A stretch of DNA of 64,000 nucleotides from an uncultured Hyphomicrobiales bacterium (GCA_903878085.1 CAIRGJ010000013.1:17456-81455); one strand, 5' to 3'; counted from the stretch's first letter, positions 1-8,903 are shown. Notes: generated from the letters alone by a model not told the origin. A program made the numbers and translations.

Positions 1-64
1 GACGTGGCGCAGTACGAGCAGGACCGTTGGGGTTCAGAACAGGCAAAAGGGGGGGGGGGACGCG

Positions 65-442
65 ATGACCAAGGTCTCACTAGTCGGTCTGATTCTGGGA
101 GCGGTCCTGCTTGCCACCCCGAGTTTTGCGCTTGAGCCTCTATCTCAAGCGGGCAGGTGCTCCAAGGCTGCGGGTGGCGTTTTCAATCCGAATACCAAGA
201 GATGGGAAACGCAAACGTCCGAACAGAAAGACAAAGCGGATGCCTGCAAGGCGAAATACAGCCAGGAGCAACTGCGAGACACCAAAAAGCGCATCTGGAT
301 GTCGTCCGGGGACGGCGCTATTGTTGTGGTTCGGACACCTAAAAGTTTCTGTGCCTGTGTCGCCGCAAAAATGCGGCTCGGCAATGATCGGGTGTTGTCT
401 GAAGACGTCTGTACCAGGTTCTTCTTCTCAACCCCCTGCTAG
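65..442 (+). CDS. Hypothetical secreted Cys-rich protein
   Basis: 125-aa ORF with hydrophobic signal-like N-terminus ending in PSFA and six Cys; more A/T-rich codon usage than its neighbours; preceded by an 11-G run (49-59). Confidence 0.6.
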   Translation: MTKVSLVGLILGAVLLATPSFALEPLSQAGRCSKAAGGVFNPNTKRWETQTSEQKDKADACKAKYSQEQLRDTKKRIWMSSGDGAIVVVRTPKSFCACVAAKMRLGNDRVLSEDVCTRFFFSTPC

Positions 443-479
443 CCTTCCCAGCTGCGCGTCGCATCAAGAAAACGGCTGC

Positions 480-502
480 CCGCTTGGCAGATGGTGAAGC
501 GG
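480..502. repeat. CCGCTT-N11-AAGCGG palindrome (TGTCCGCT..AGCGGACA-like element)
   Basis: Inverted repeat just downstream of the orphan ORF; resembles the elements at 58387 and 59444. Confidence 0.35.
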
Positions 503-551
503 AATGCTGAGCCGCAGATCCGGGGCCGTTCCAAGCTCCGAATCTGTGAAG

Positions 552-598
552 GTCCCGGGTCTGCACCGCAGCACTACGTGCTGCTGTGCGCCCGGGAC
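552..598. repeat. REP-like palindrome GTCCCGGG..CCCGGGAC overlapping the permease 3' end
   Basis: Terminal inverted arms with internal gcagca..tgctgc hairpin; contains the stop codon of the permease. Confidence 0.55.
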
Positions 599-1386
599 AG
601 GTGTCTCTGGGGCAGGCTGAGGCAGACGAAATAACCGACCGCACTCAGCATGGCGATGCAGAAGCTCACCGGCCAGTCGGTGTAATAGGCGATGGCGATG
701 CCGAACCAGGCCTCGGCCAGCGCCAGGGCGGCCGAGAGAATGAGTCCGCTCCACAGCCCCGTGGTCACCCGTTGCGCCGCGGCCGGCGGACCGACCATCA
801 GCGTGAACACCAGCAGCACGCCGACGATCTGCGCGCATTCCGACACCGCCAGCGCGACGATGGCGAGGAACGCGGTCGAGATGAAGCGCATCGGCACGCC
901 TTTGGCCTCGGCCAGCTCCGGCTGCAAGGTCGCAAAGATCAGCGGGCGCATGATGGCGGCCAGCGCGGCAATCGTGATGGCGCCGAGCACGGCCAGGGTC
1001 GCGATCATGCCGCGGTCGACCGCCAGCACGTTGCCGAACAGCAGCGCGGTCGCCTGCGTCGCGAACGACGTGTAGTAGTGCAGGAACAAGAGGCCGAAGC
1101 CGAGCGCCAAAGACAGCACGATGCCGATGGCGATGTCGCGGTTGCTGATGCGGTCCGACAGCGCGCCCATCACGATCCCGGCCGCGAGCGTGAAGCCGAG
1201 CAGGCCCCACAGCGGCGCCAGGCCGATCAGGCCCGCGCCGGTAGCACCGGCAAAGCCGATATGCGACAGCGCGTGGCCGGCGAAGGTCTGCCCGCGCATC
1301 ACCAGGAAATAGCCGACGACGCCCGACACCACCGCGACGATGCCGGCGGCGGCGAAAGCATTGGTCATGAATTCATAGGCGAACAT
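574..1386 (-). CDS. znuB: Zn/Mn-type metal ABC transporter permease (ZnuB/MntB family)
   Basis: Multi-TM protein with AGHALSHIGFAG and LLFGNVLAV motifs of the ABC-3 family; operonic with ATPase and SBP. Confidence 0.88.
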   Translation of the reverse strand: MFAYEFMTNAFAAAGIVAVVSGVVGYFLVMRGQTFAGHALSHIGFAGATGAGLIGLAPLWGLLGFTLAAGIVMGALSDRISNRDIAIGIVLSLALGFGLLFLHYYTSFATQATALLFGNVLAVDRGMIATLAVLGAITIAALAAIMRPLIFATLQPELAEAKGVPMRFISTAFLAIVALAVSECAQIVGVLLVFTLMVGPPAAAQRVTTGLWSGLILSAALALAEAWFGIAIAYYTDWPVSFCIAMLSAVGYFVCLSLPQRHLSRAHSST

Positions 1387-1399
1387 GTCTGTTTTCTTT

Positions 1400-1450
1400 T
1401 TCCCTCCCCCGCGAGCGCTTGCGAGTGTGGGGAGGGGTTAGGGGTGGGGG
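1400..1450. repeat. TTCCCTCCCC..GGGGAGGGG-type repeat (half MITE)
   Basis: Near-identical to 48669-48723; lies between znuC and znuB. Confidence 0.7.
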
Positions 1451-1453
1451 CGC

Positions 1454-2281
1454 TTAGTGATGGTGTCCGTGGTCATGGTCCCCATGTTCGTGCACATGAT
1501 CGTCGGCGCGTTCGACGTCGCTGCCGTGCGACATCACAAAGATATGGCCGCCGGCGCGGATGACTTCGATCTCGGTGCGGTACAGCCGCGACAGCACCGG
1601 CGCGGTGACCACCTCGTCGACGGTGCCCAGCACCGCCTGGCCGTTGCCGAGATAGAGCACGCGATCGATGGCCGGCAGCAACTGGTTGAGCTCGTGGGCA
1701 CTGAACAGCACGGTGATGCCGCGCTCGCGGCAAACCCGCCGCACCACCTCGATCGCCACTTCCTGGTGACGCGCGTCGAGGCTGATCAGCGGCTCGTCGA
1801 GCAGCAGCAGTTTCGGGTTGCCGATCAGCGCCTGCGCCAGCAGCAGCCGCTGCCGTTCGCCGCCGGACATCTGCGATAGCGGGCGGCCGGCCAGTTCGCG
1901 CGCACCGACGGCCGCGAGAGTTTGCTCGATCATGTGGCGGTCGTGGTGCGACAGATGCGGCACGCCCCAGCGCTCGCCATGCAGCGATGCGCCGATGAAA
2001 TCCAGCCCGCGTACGCGCAGATCCGGCAACACGGTGCGCAATTGCGGCAGATAGCCGATGGTGCGGTCGCCGCATCGCGGCGTGTGGCCGAACACCCGCA
2101 GGCTTCCGGCGCTCGGCGGCAGCAGGCCGAGGATCGAGCGCATCAGCGTGGTCTTGCCGGCGCCATTGGGGCCGAGCACGCCGATGAATTCGCCATGTTT
2201 GATGGCAAAGCTGGCATCCGCCAATACCGTGCGGCCGCCGATCTTGATCGTGGCGTGGTCGAGTTCGACGACAGCAGTCAT
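1454..2281 (-). CDS. znuC: Metal ABC transporter ATP-binding protein with His-rich C-terminus
   Basis: GPNGAGKT Walker A, MSGGERQR signature, LLLLDEP Walker B; tail HVHEHGDHDHGHHH; start ATG overlaps the SBP stop (ATGA). Confidence 0.9.
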   Translation of the reverse strand: MTAVVELDHATIKIGGRTVLADASFAIKHGEFIGVLGPNGAGKTTLMRSILGLLPPSAGSLRVFGHTPRCGDRTIGYLPQLRTVLPDLRVRGLDFIGASLHGERWGVPHLSHHDRHMIEQTLAAVGARELAGRPLSQMSGGERQRLLLAQALIGNPKLLLLDEPLISLDARHQEVAIEVVRRVCRERGITVLFSAHELNQLLPAIDRVLYLGNGQAVLGTVDEVVTAPVLSRLYRTEIEVIRAGGHIFVMSHGSDVERADDHVHEHGDHDHGHHH

Positions 2282-3159
2282 GAATTCGGTCCGGTCAGCG
2301 CCTTGTCGACCGCGTCGAGCTGGCCGAGCATCCAATCCTGAAACGATACGTTGGCCGGCTGCGTCTCGGTGACACCCACCGTCGGCACCTTCGCCTGCTT
2401 GGCGATATCGAGCAGGCGCAGCGTCAGCTTTGGCGAGACCTGCTTGTTGTACAGCAGCACCTTGACCTTGTGATCCTTGAGATCGTTCCCGAACGCCGCG
2501 ACGTCGCGCGCGCTGGGTTCTGTGTCATTCATCATCGCCAGCGCGAAGCGCTGATTGCGCACGGTCAGGCCCAGCGCGTCGGCCATCAGGCCGAACACCG
2601 GCTCGGTCGCGGTGACGGCCTGGCCTTTGGACCGCGCCTTGATCTGCGCGGCGCGCTCATTGATGCGCGCGAGCGCGGCGAGCGTTGTCGCCAGCCGCGC
2701 GGCATAGTCGCCGGCATGCGCGGCGTCGGCTTTGCTGAAGGCCTCGGCCACCGCCTTGGCGACGGCCGGCATGGTGGCGGGCGCGTACCACAGATGCGGA
2801 TTGCCGCCAGGTTTGGCGCCGGTGAGGGCGGCGGCGCTGATGACGACGCGGCCCGGCCGCGGCGCGGCGGCGATGAGCTTGTCCATCCACGGATCGTAGT
2901 CGGCGCCGTTGAGGATCACGATTTGAGCATCGGCAATTTGCCGCACGATGCCGGGCGTGGTCTCGAACAGATGCGGGTCCTGGTCGGGATTGTTCAGGAT
3001 GCTGACGACGTCGATGCGATCGCCGCCGATCTGGCGCGCAATGTCGCCGTAGAAGTTCTCGGCCGCGACCACGGCGAGTTTGCCGTCCGCGGCGCGCGCG
3101 CCCGGGGCGGTGGTCAGCACCAGCGCAAAGGCGATGGCAATGCCGGCAATGGCTTTCAT
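2278..3159 (-). CDS. znuA: Zn/Mn ABC transporter substrate-binding protein (TroA/ZnuA family)
   Basis: Signal peptide MKAIAGIA..ARA; DPHLFE and NPHLWY metal-ligand motifs. Confidence 0.88.
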   Translation of the reverse strand: MKAIAGIAIAFALVLTTAPGARAADGKLAVVAAENFYGDIARQIGGDRIDVVSILNNPDQDPHLFETTPGIVRQIADAQIVILNGADYDPWMDKLIAAAPRPGRVVISAAALTGAKPGGNPHLWYAPATMPAVAKAVAEAFSKADAAHAGDYAARLATTLAALARINERAAQIKARSKGQAVTATEPVFGLMADALGLTVRNQRFALAMMNDTEPSARDVAAFGNDLKDHKVKVLLYNKQVSPKLTLRLLDIAKQAKVPTVGVTETQPANVSFQDWMLGQLDAVDKALTGPNS

Positions 3160-3200
3160 CGAATAACACCAGTCTCGCGCGTTTAATCGCCCGTCCGATA

Positions 3201-3221
3201 ATATGTAACAATATAACATAT
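3201..3221. promoter_or_regulatory. Putative Zur box
   Basis: ATATGTAACAATATAACATAT; one half-site (ATATGTTATA on the minus strand) matches the proteobacterial Zur consensus; about 40 nt upstream of znuA. Confidence 0.75.
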
Positions 3222-3329
3222 CGCTGGCAAGGCGTGGCTTCCTGCGAGAAAACCCCTACGATCCGCCGCAACGAAGGCCGTCTAACGAGCCCTCGATAGA
3301 ACGGTTCTTGCCCCGGAGGAGACGCGCGC

Positions 3330-4322
3330 GTGACGAAAGCCTTCCAAAAAATCGCCAGCCTTATGCCATCGGCGCTCTGTGCGCTGGCGCTGTTGCTCGG
3401 CGTCTTCGTGCCAAGTGCTGCGCGTGCCGCCTGGCCCGAGCGCAGCATCACCATTATCGTGCCGTTTCCACCCGGCGGGCCCAACGATCTGCTCGGCCGG
3501 CTGCTGGCGGCCGAACTCGCGCCCAAGCTCGGCCAGAGCGTCATTGTCGAAAATCGCGCCGGCGCGGTCGGCAATATCGGCATCGCCACTGGCGCGCGCG
3601 CGGCGCCGGATGGCTACACTTTGGTCGTCGTCACCGGCGTCATCTTGATCAACCCGAGCGTCGGCAAAGTCGGCTACGACCCGGTGAAGGATTTTGCGCC
3701 GATCGCCTATCTCGGCGCTGCGCCCAACGCCATCATCACCCGGCCGGCGTCCGGCATCGCCAGCATCGCCGACCTGATCGCGAAGGCGAAGAAAGATCCC
3801 GGCAAGCTCACTTACGCCTCGCCCGGCGTCGGCAGTATCTCGCACCTTGCCGTCGAACTGTTGAAGATACGCGCCGGCATCGAAATGACGCACGTGCCGT
3901 TCAACGGCGCCAATCCGTCGCTGCAGGCGGCGCTCGCCGGCACCACCGACATCGCCGCGGTCAGCATTGCCGGATTAATCGGTCACATCCGCGCCGGCAC
4001 GCTCAAGGCGCTGGCGCAGACCGGTGAAGAAAAATGGTACGACATGCCCGATGTTCCGACCATGGCGGAATCCGGTGTGCCCAACGCGGTGGTGGAAACG
4101 TCGCAGATGTTTCTGGCGCCGGCCGGCACGCCCGATGCCATCGTCAAACGCATCGCCGACGAGACGCGCGTCATTCTCGCCAAGCCCGACGTTAAGGAGA
4201 AGATGCTGAACGCCGGCTTCATGGTGAAATTCGAAGGCCCGGATGAATTGCGCGCGCGCATGCAGCGCGAGCTTCCGCTGTGGAAGGAAATCGTCGACCG
4301 CGCCGGGCTGGCGCAGAAGTAA
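3330..4322 (+). CDS. Tripartite tricarboxylate transporter substrate-binding protein (Bug/TctC family)
   Basis: WPERSITIIVPFPPGGPNDLLGR, VENRAGAVG, ATGARAAPDGYTL motifs. Confidence 0.92.
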   Translation: MTKAFQKIASLMPSALCALALLLGVFVPSAARAAWPERSITIIVPFPPGGPNDLLGRLLAAELAPKLGQSVIVENRAGAVGNIGIATGARAAPDGYTLVVVTGVILINPSVGKVGYDPVKDFAPIAYLGAAPNAIITRPASGIASIADLIAKAKKDPGKLTYASPGVGSISHLAVELLKIRAGIEMTHVPFNGANPSLQAALAGTTDIAAVSIAGLIGHIRAGTLKALAQTGEEKWYDMPDVPTMAESGVPNAVVETSQMFLAPAGTPDAIVKRIADETRVILAKPDVKEKMLNAGFMVKFEGPDELRARMQRELPLWKEIVDRAGLAQK

Positions 4323-4346
4323 GCGCGCCGCCGCGCGCTGGGGCGG

Positions 4347-4523
4347 TTACGAAAACCGCCGGCCCACCTGGGCCTCGCGCCGGGCGCGGCGCACTTCGTC
4401 ATCCAGGCGTTTGATTTCCTTGGTCAGCTCGGCGATCGCCTTGAGCAGGCTGTCGTTGATGTCCCGCTGCGAAACCTGCTGCTTCGCGTTGCGGAGAATA
4501 TGTTCGGTATGTGAAACTGACAT
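4347..4523 (-). CDS. Small hypothetical coiled-coil protein (58 aa, below the ORF-track cutoff)
   Basis: Translated by hand: MSVSHTEHILRNAKQQVSQRDINDSLLKAIAELTKEIKRLDDEVRRARREAQVGRRFS; heptad pattern and host-like codons. Confidence 0.65.
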   Translation of the reverse strand: MSVSHTEHILRNAKQQVSQRDINDSLLKAIAELTKEIKRLDDEVRRARREAQVGRRFS

Positions 4524-4684
4524 GGACGGCCTTCGAACGTTCCTGGGCAGCAGCGGACCGCCGGCCGAGCGCGCCGGAGCCTGCCGTCAGCATCGTTCCC
4601 AGAAATGAATTTTCCGCGAATAACGGAGGTAAAAGTCGCGGGATCTGCCTTGCGCGCAGCTGTCATAATGGCTTCGGACATAAT

Positions 4685-4706
4685 AAAAGCCGCCTTTTTG
4701 GGCGGC
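4685..4706 (-). terminator. Intrinsic terminator
   Basis: GCCGCC-6nt-GGCGGC hairpin followed by a U-run on the minus strand, downstream of the 4735 ORF. Confidence 0.6.
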
Positions 4707-4734
4707 CTCGTTAATTCTTGGATTTCAGCCGACG

Positions 4735-4917
4735 TCAGGGCAATCGCCAAAACGGTTTTGCCGGAGGCGCGGTGTCGAGCTTGGCGGCCTGGTGCGCGAG
4801 GCTGAGGTAGTCCCGCCCCATTGCGGCGTAACGCTCCATTTCCTTTTGCCCCGTCGCCTTTGCGGCCAGACTGAACGATCGCTTGGCGTCTTCCAAAAAG
4901 CTTTCTGCGTTATTGAT
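4735..4917 (-). CDS. Small hypothetical protein, apparent ATC start
   Basis: SD-like GAGGGGG 7 nt before ATC AAT AAC GCA GAA; helical 60-aa product; downstream terminator. Confidence 0.45.
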   Translation of the reverse strand: MNNAESFLEDAKRSFSLAAKATGQKEMERYAAMGRDYLSLAHQAAKLDTAPPAKPFWRLP

Positions 4918-4980
4918 GGTGTTGCCCCCTCTGGGGTTGATCGGATGAATAAATCTTGGATGTTGCAGGGATAATGCCCT

Positions 4981-4999
4981 CAGCAACTAATAGTTGCTG
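4981..4999. promoter_or_regulatory. Perfect 19-bp palindrome, candidate operator
   Basis: CAGCAACTA-A-TAGTTGCTG next to an AT-rich tract. Confidence 0.5.
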
Positions 5000-5053
5000 C
5001 GTTGCAAAAATATATATTAACGGCAGTGGTCCGGCCCGCGGTGGCGGAACGGC

Positions 5054-5362
5054 TTAATCTTGGTCGCCGTAGCGCTCTTTGACGGCTTCCGCGACGAACA
5101 TCTTGCGGCCGGGCCGGCCCGGCGTCGTGCCACGCGCTACGCACCAGGCCGGGAAGGTCGCCGGATCGATGCGCACCCGCATCACCGGGTGGCCATAGGC
5201 CTTGAGGCCGCTCTCCATCTCCTCGGCGATCTTGAGCCACTCTTTCCAGCTGCGCGGCAGCGTATTGCCGTCGTCGAAGATTTTCAGCGCCGCCGGATAA
5301 TCGACTTCGTCGATCCAATAGGCGCCGATGGCGCGCAGCGGCTTGTCGTCTTGGTTAATCAT
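5054..5362 (-). CDS. Hypothetical protein (intact paralog of the split gene at 10466-10525 / 6319-6363)
   Basis: 102-aa ORF with host-like codon usage; AIGAYWIDE and ALKIFDDGN segments recur elsewhere in the window. Confidence 0.8.
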   Translation of the reverse strand: MINQDDKPLRAIGAYWIDEVDYPAALKIFDDGNTLPRSWKEWLKIAEEMESGLKAYGHPVMRVRIDPATFPAWCVARGTTPGRPGRKMFVAEAVKERYGDQD

Positions 5363-5438
5363 GCGCGCACCCTAATACGCTTCGCGCAGCGCGGTGAGAC
5401 AATTCGCGGCGTTGAGGTTCTGGCGGCGCGGCGGCCGG

Positions 5439-6230
5439 TCACTGCCAGTACGGCGGATAATCCGTCGTCTTCTGCTCGGCCTCGAGCCGGCGCAGCATGG
5501 CCGGCCATTCCAGCACGCCGTAAGGACGCCGCGCGCCCGGCTGATACAGATGCGCGGTATGCGCCAGCACGTTCTCGCCCGGCATGGTGAGTTCGGTGCG
5601 CGCCGCCATCGCATCGACCTGCGACCGGCAGGACAGTTCGAGCTGGTACATGGTGTTGAACGCCTGCTGCACGGTCGCGCCGCAGGTCAGGAGGCCGTGG
5701 TTGCGCATGATCATGGCGTCGTGCGGCCCGAGATCGCGCACCAGGCGTTCGCGCTCGTCGAGCTCGACCGCAGGCCCTTCGTAGTCGTGATAGCCGAGAT
5801 GGCCGACAAAGCGGATCGAGGTCTGCGACAGCGGCAGCAGGCCGCACGCCATCGCCGCCACAGCGATGCCGGCGCGGGTGTGGGTGTGCAGCACGCAGGA
5901 GACTTCGGGCCGCGCCATGTGAATGGCGCCATGGATCACGTAGCCGGATTTGTTGATGCCGTAGTCGGTGTCCGGTTTCGATAAAATCTCGCCGTCGACG
6001 TTGATCTTCACCAGACTCGACGCGGTGATCTCCTTGTAGAGCAGGCCGTAGAGATTGATCAGCAGGTGGTCTTTGGTGCCGGGAATGCGCGCCGTGATGT
6101 GGTTGTAGATCAGGTCGGTCATGCCGTAGGTGTCGACCAGGCGATAGCAGGCGGCGAGGTCGAGCCGCGCCTGCCATTCCTCCGGCGAAACCTGGTCCTT
6201 GATCGACGGAAAATTAGTCGCGTAGTTCAT
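5439..6230 (-). CDS. Class II aldolase/adducin family protein
   Basis: DLIYNHITAR, GYVIHGAIH, CVLHTHT, IMRNHGLLTCG motifs. Confidence 0.92.
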   Translation of the reverse strand: MNYATNFPSIKDQVSPEEWQARLDLAACYRLVDTYGMTDLIYNHITARIPGTKDHLLINLYGLLYKEITASSLVKINVDGEILSKPDTDYGINKSGYVIHGAIHMARPEVSCVLHTHTRAGIAVAAMACGLLPLSQTSIRFVGHLGYHDYEGPAVELDERERLVRDLGPHDAMIMRNHGLLTCGATVQQAFNTMYQLELSCRSQVDAMAARTELTMPGENVLAHTAHLYQPGARRPYGVLEWPAMLRRLEAEQKTTDYPPYWQ

Positions 6231-6318
6231 GGGCGCTCCCTCAAGCTTCGTCGCGTGCGTTGGGCCGCGCTTGGCCGGTGAGCATAGCCTTGGGGGAGGG
6301 AAGGGCCAAGGGTGGGGG

Positions 6319-6363
6319 TGTGTTGCCGCCGTCGAAGATTTTCAGCGCGGTGGGATTGTCGGC
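6319..6363 (-). pseudogene. Internal fragment (codons 20-34) of a paralog of 5054-5362
   Basis: ADNPTALKIFDGGNT vs VDYPAALKIFDDGNT; 36/45 nt identical by hand alignment. Confidence 0.75.
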
Positions 6364-6438
6364 GACTAAGCCTGGCCGCGAGGGAACTAAACCGGCCAAG
6401 CCGGGTTTTATGGAAGTCCCTTCACAGGAGCATTTCAA

Positions 6439-6614
6439 ATGACAGCAAAATAGCGCCGCAACAGGACAACGCAAAGAAGTCCGATGGTTCGCATCCCGGC
6501 ATGATGGGTGATGGCACCGAAGAGCAGAATCTGAATCAAATCGGCAATCCGGCAGCCCGCATCAAGAAGGACGACGTGGCCGCCGCCTTTGTCGACAAGC
6601 CGGCTAAAAACTAG
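6439..6614 (+). pseudogene. Small hydrophilic protein gene with ATG one base out of frame
   Basis: SD AGGAG (6426-6430) and ATG at 6439 give MTAK*; adding one G gives MDSKIAPQQ..PAKN, the open frame to 6614. Confidence 0.5.
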
Positions 6615-6668
6615 TTTTTCATCCGTCCGAATGTCGCCTCGAAAACTTTCTCTATCCTAAAAAGTTCT

Positions 6669-6941
6669 GTGTCCGGCTTCCAGAGCGCCGTGGCCGACAT
6701 CGGCAAGACCAACGCCGATCGTCAGATCGCCTGGCGCGACGAACGTGCGCAGCAGAAAACCCCGATCGATATCATCGGCCAATTGCGCCTGCAGGCTAAA
6801 TCCATGGGCGAGCGATCGGTCGACCGCAAGAAGCTCGCCGATGCCGCCGAACCGCTTTATGTCAGCCTGAACGACCAGCAGAAGCAGCACTTCGCCAAGG
6901 AACTGATGGCCATCAGCCAGGGGGCGGATGACGACGAGTAA
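6669..6941 (+). pseudogene. 5'-truncated Spy/CpxP (LTXXQ)-like protein remnant
   Basis: KKLADAAEPLYVSLNDQQKQHF resembles the C-terminal LTXXQ repeat; no signal peptide or SD. Confidence 0.55.
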
Positions 6942-7104
6942 ACCACCAGGCGTCAGCGAACGTCGATGACGGGGGGCCAAAACGGCCGCCCGGTTTTTGT
7001 GCCCGATATGACGGTGTCGGCCGCGCGGCAGTGGGTCGCCGTCGTCGTTCCGGCGCCCGCCTAGCAATCCAGATTGTTATTGCAGATTGTGGCGATTTGC
7101 GGCG

Positions 7105-7119
7105 TTAAATGAGCCTTAG
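7105..7119. promoter_or_regulatory. Possible CtrA box
   Basis: TTAA-N7-TTAG (one mismatch to TTAA-N7-TTAA) upstream of the PilZ gene. Confidence 0.35.
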
Positions 7120-7170
7120 TGCATATTTGCCATAAGACAACCGGCAGATTGCCTCAGGCCGAGTTGGACG

Positions 7171-7809
7171 ATGCAGAGAATTCAACCTCAACCGATCGAT
7201 GATATCGCGTTTGTCGATTGCGAACCTCGTATCCTTGTCAGCATCCCTTCGCAATACATATTGACGGACTGGGTTGAGCCGTAACGGTATCGACGTAAAT
7301 TCGCGTGCCGGCTGATTGGCATTTCATCGCGCGAGATGACGCTGTTCGCTCCGGTAACGGGAGATATCGGAGGCCGGGTCATCGCGCATTGCGATGTGTT
7401 TGGGAAACTGGACGGGGCGGTTACGCGCGTGCTCGATCGCGGGTTCGTCGCGAGAATTACCGCAAGCGACAGCGAGCGCCGCAAGCTTGCAGCGCGAATT
7501 GAAGGCTACGAAAAGATCAAGAATTACGACATCCTTGATAGAAGGATACACAAACGCATCATTCCGATCGATCCTCGCTCGACCTTGCTCTTGGGTGACG
7601 GGAAGCGGATGGAGTGTTTCGTCATCGACATCTCGACATCGGGGGCGGCGGTTTCCGCCGATACTCAACCCGAGATCGGCACGCCGCTCGCCGTTGGCGC
7701 AGTGGTCGGACGCGTTGTGCGCCACTTCGATGATGGCTTTGCGGTTCAGTTCGTTCAAGAGCAGGATATAGACGGTCTCGAACATAAACTCATCAACCCG
7801 TCAACCTGA
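7171..7809 (+). pseudogene. Tandem PilZ-domain protein interrupted by an in-frame TAA at 7282-7284
   Basis: ATG 7171 is in frame with the 7336 ORF; C-terminal domain has RRIHKR and VIDISTSG motifs; stop at codon 38. Confidence 0.75.
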
Positions 7810-7994
7810 CGATCTCCCTCCGCTGGCGAGTTTGACCATCGGCCACGGGGCGCGACATGCGGCGAAGCGCGAATGAACATCAATGACGGGCGGCCGGTGT
7901 GGCAACCCGTTTCTTTTGCGGCGCCGCGCGGTCATGGCCTATCCGCAATGGCGCAGCGCAGGCGGAAACGCCCTGCACCCCGCGTTGCGCTTGC

Positions 7995-8264
7995 TCAGTG
8001 TGCGAGCCGTTTCACGTAGAGCCACACGGCCCCGGCCGCTGTGCCCACCGCTAAAGCGAAGCTGACGAGGCCATCGGCGGCCATCGGAATCGCAACCGCC
8101 GCGCCCTCGGACACCACCTCGGCCCAGCCGTAGGCGAATCGCAGGGCGACGAGAATCCCAAACAACAGAACGGCGGCGAAAATAACGACGGCGAGCGCGG
8201 GTGCAAGGCCCCGGCTTAAGGCGTCGGAATGGTCTGGATGAGATGAGGTGGCGCGATCGAACAT
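7995..8264 (-). CDS. Small two-TM membrane protein
   Basis: SD AGGGAGG before the ATG at 8264; two hydrophobic helices. Confidence 0.6.
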   Translation of the reverse strand: MFDRATSSHPDHSDALSRGLAPALAVVIFAAVLLFGILVALRFAYGWAEVVSEGAAVAIPMAADGLVSFALAVGTAAGAVWLYVKRLAH

Positions 8265-8320
8265 CGAAGCCTCCCTAATTTTTTGATTGATAAGCGGAAG
8301 ACCATTTCTGCCCCACCGCA

Positions 8321-8334
8321 TTGCGCTGGATCAA
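8321..8334. promoter_or_regulatory. FixK/FNR-type box
   Basis: TTGC-GCTGGA-TCAA fits TTG(A/C)-N6-(T/G)CAA. Confidence 0.5.
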
Positions 8335-8413
8335 AGTGCGGTGCGGTAATTTTGCGCGGCCAGAACCGCCGCGATCGTCCGTCGGCCCGCAGGGCCCTCG
8401 ATTTTCGCCGGCC

Positions 8414-8427
8414 GTGATCTGGATCAA
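8414..8427. promoter_or_regulatory. FixK/FNR-type box (one mismatch)
   Basis: GTGAT-CTGG-ATCAA. Confidence 0.4.
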
Positions 8428-8541
8428 TGCGCGCTATGCAACATTGTGCGGCTTTTGCTTTAATAGGTTCAAGGAAGCGCCGCGGCGGCCGATCGCCATC
8501 AGCACTTCGCCACGACACCTCCTCAGACCGCGCCGAAATGC

Positions 8542-8799
8542 GTGAAGGAGGCATGCGTGTCCGATCTCCTCTTCCGGCGAATGCGGGCCCTGCAGCTTGA
8601 TCGGGAGGAAATCGCCCGCCTTGAGCCCGTTACATTCGGCGAACTTCAGTGGCTTTGCTTGTTCTGCGCCGATCGCGAGCGATGCGAGGTGGGCCTCGCG
8701 GACGATTTCGCCGACGTGGCGTGGTGGGCCTATTGTCCGAACGCCGCCGTTCTGAATGCGATCGGCGAATTGCCTTGGTTTCGAAGTGCCGCCGTCTGA
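8542..8799 (+). CDS. Cys-motif protein, DUF6455-like, possibly N-terminally truncated
   Basis: CxxC-x4-C..YCPNA pattern. Confidence 0.55.
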   Translation: MKEACVSDLLFRRMRALQLDREEIARLEPVTFGELQWLCLFCADRERCEVGLADDFADVAWWAYCPNAAVLNAIGELPWFRSAAV

Positions 8800-8903
8800 T
8801 GGCGGGTGCAGGCAGCGGGCGGCGGCACTTGCCGTTGCCCGGCCTGCTCCCGCTGCGAACGTGAAGGCGCTCAGGCCAATCGAATCGGCCGGGCAATTTT
8901 TTG

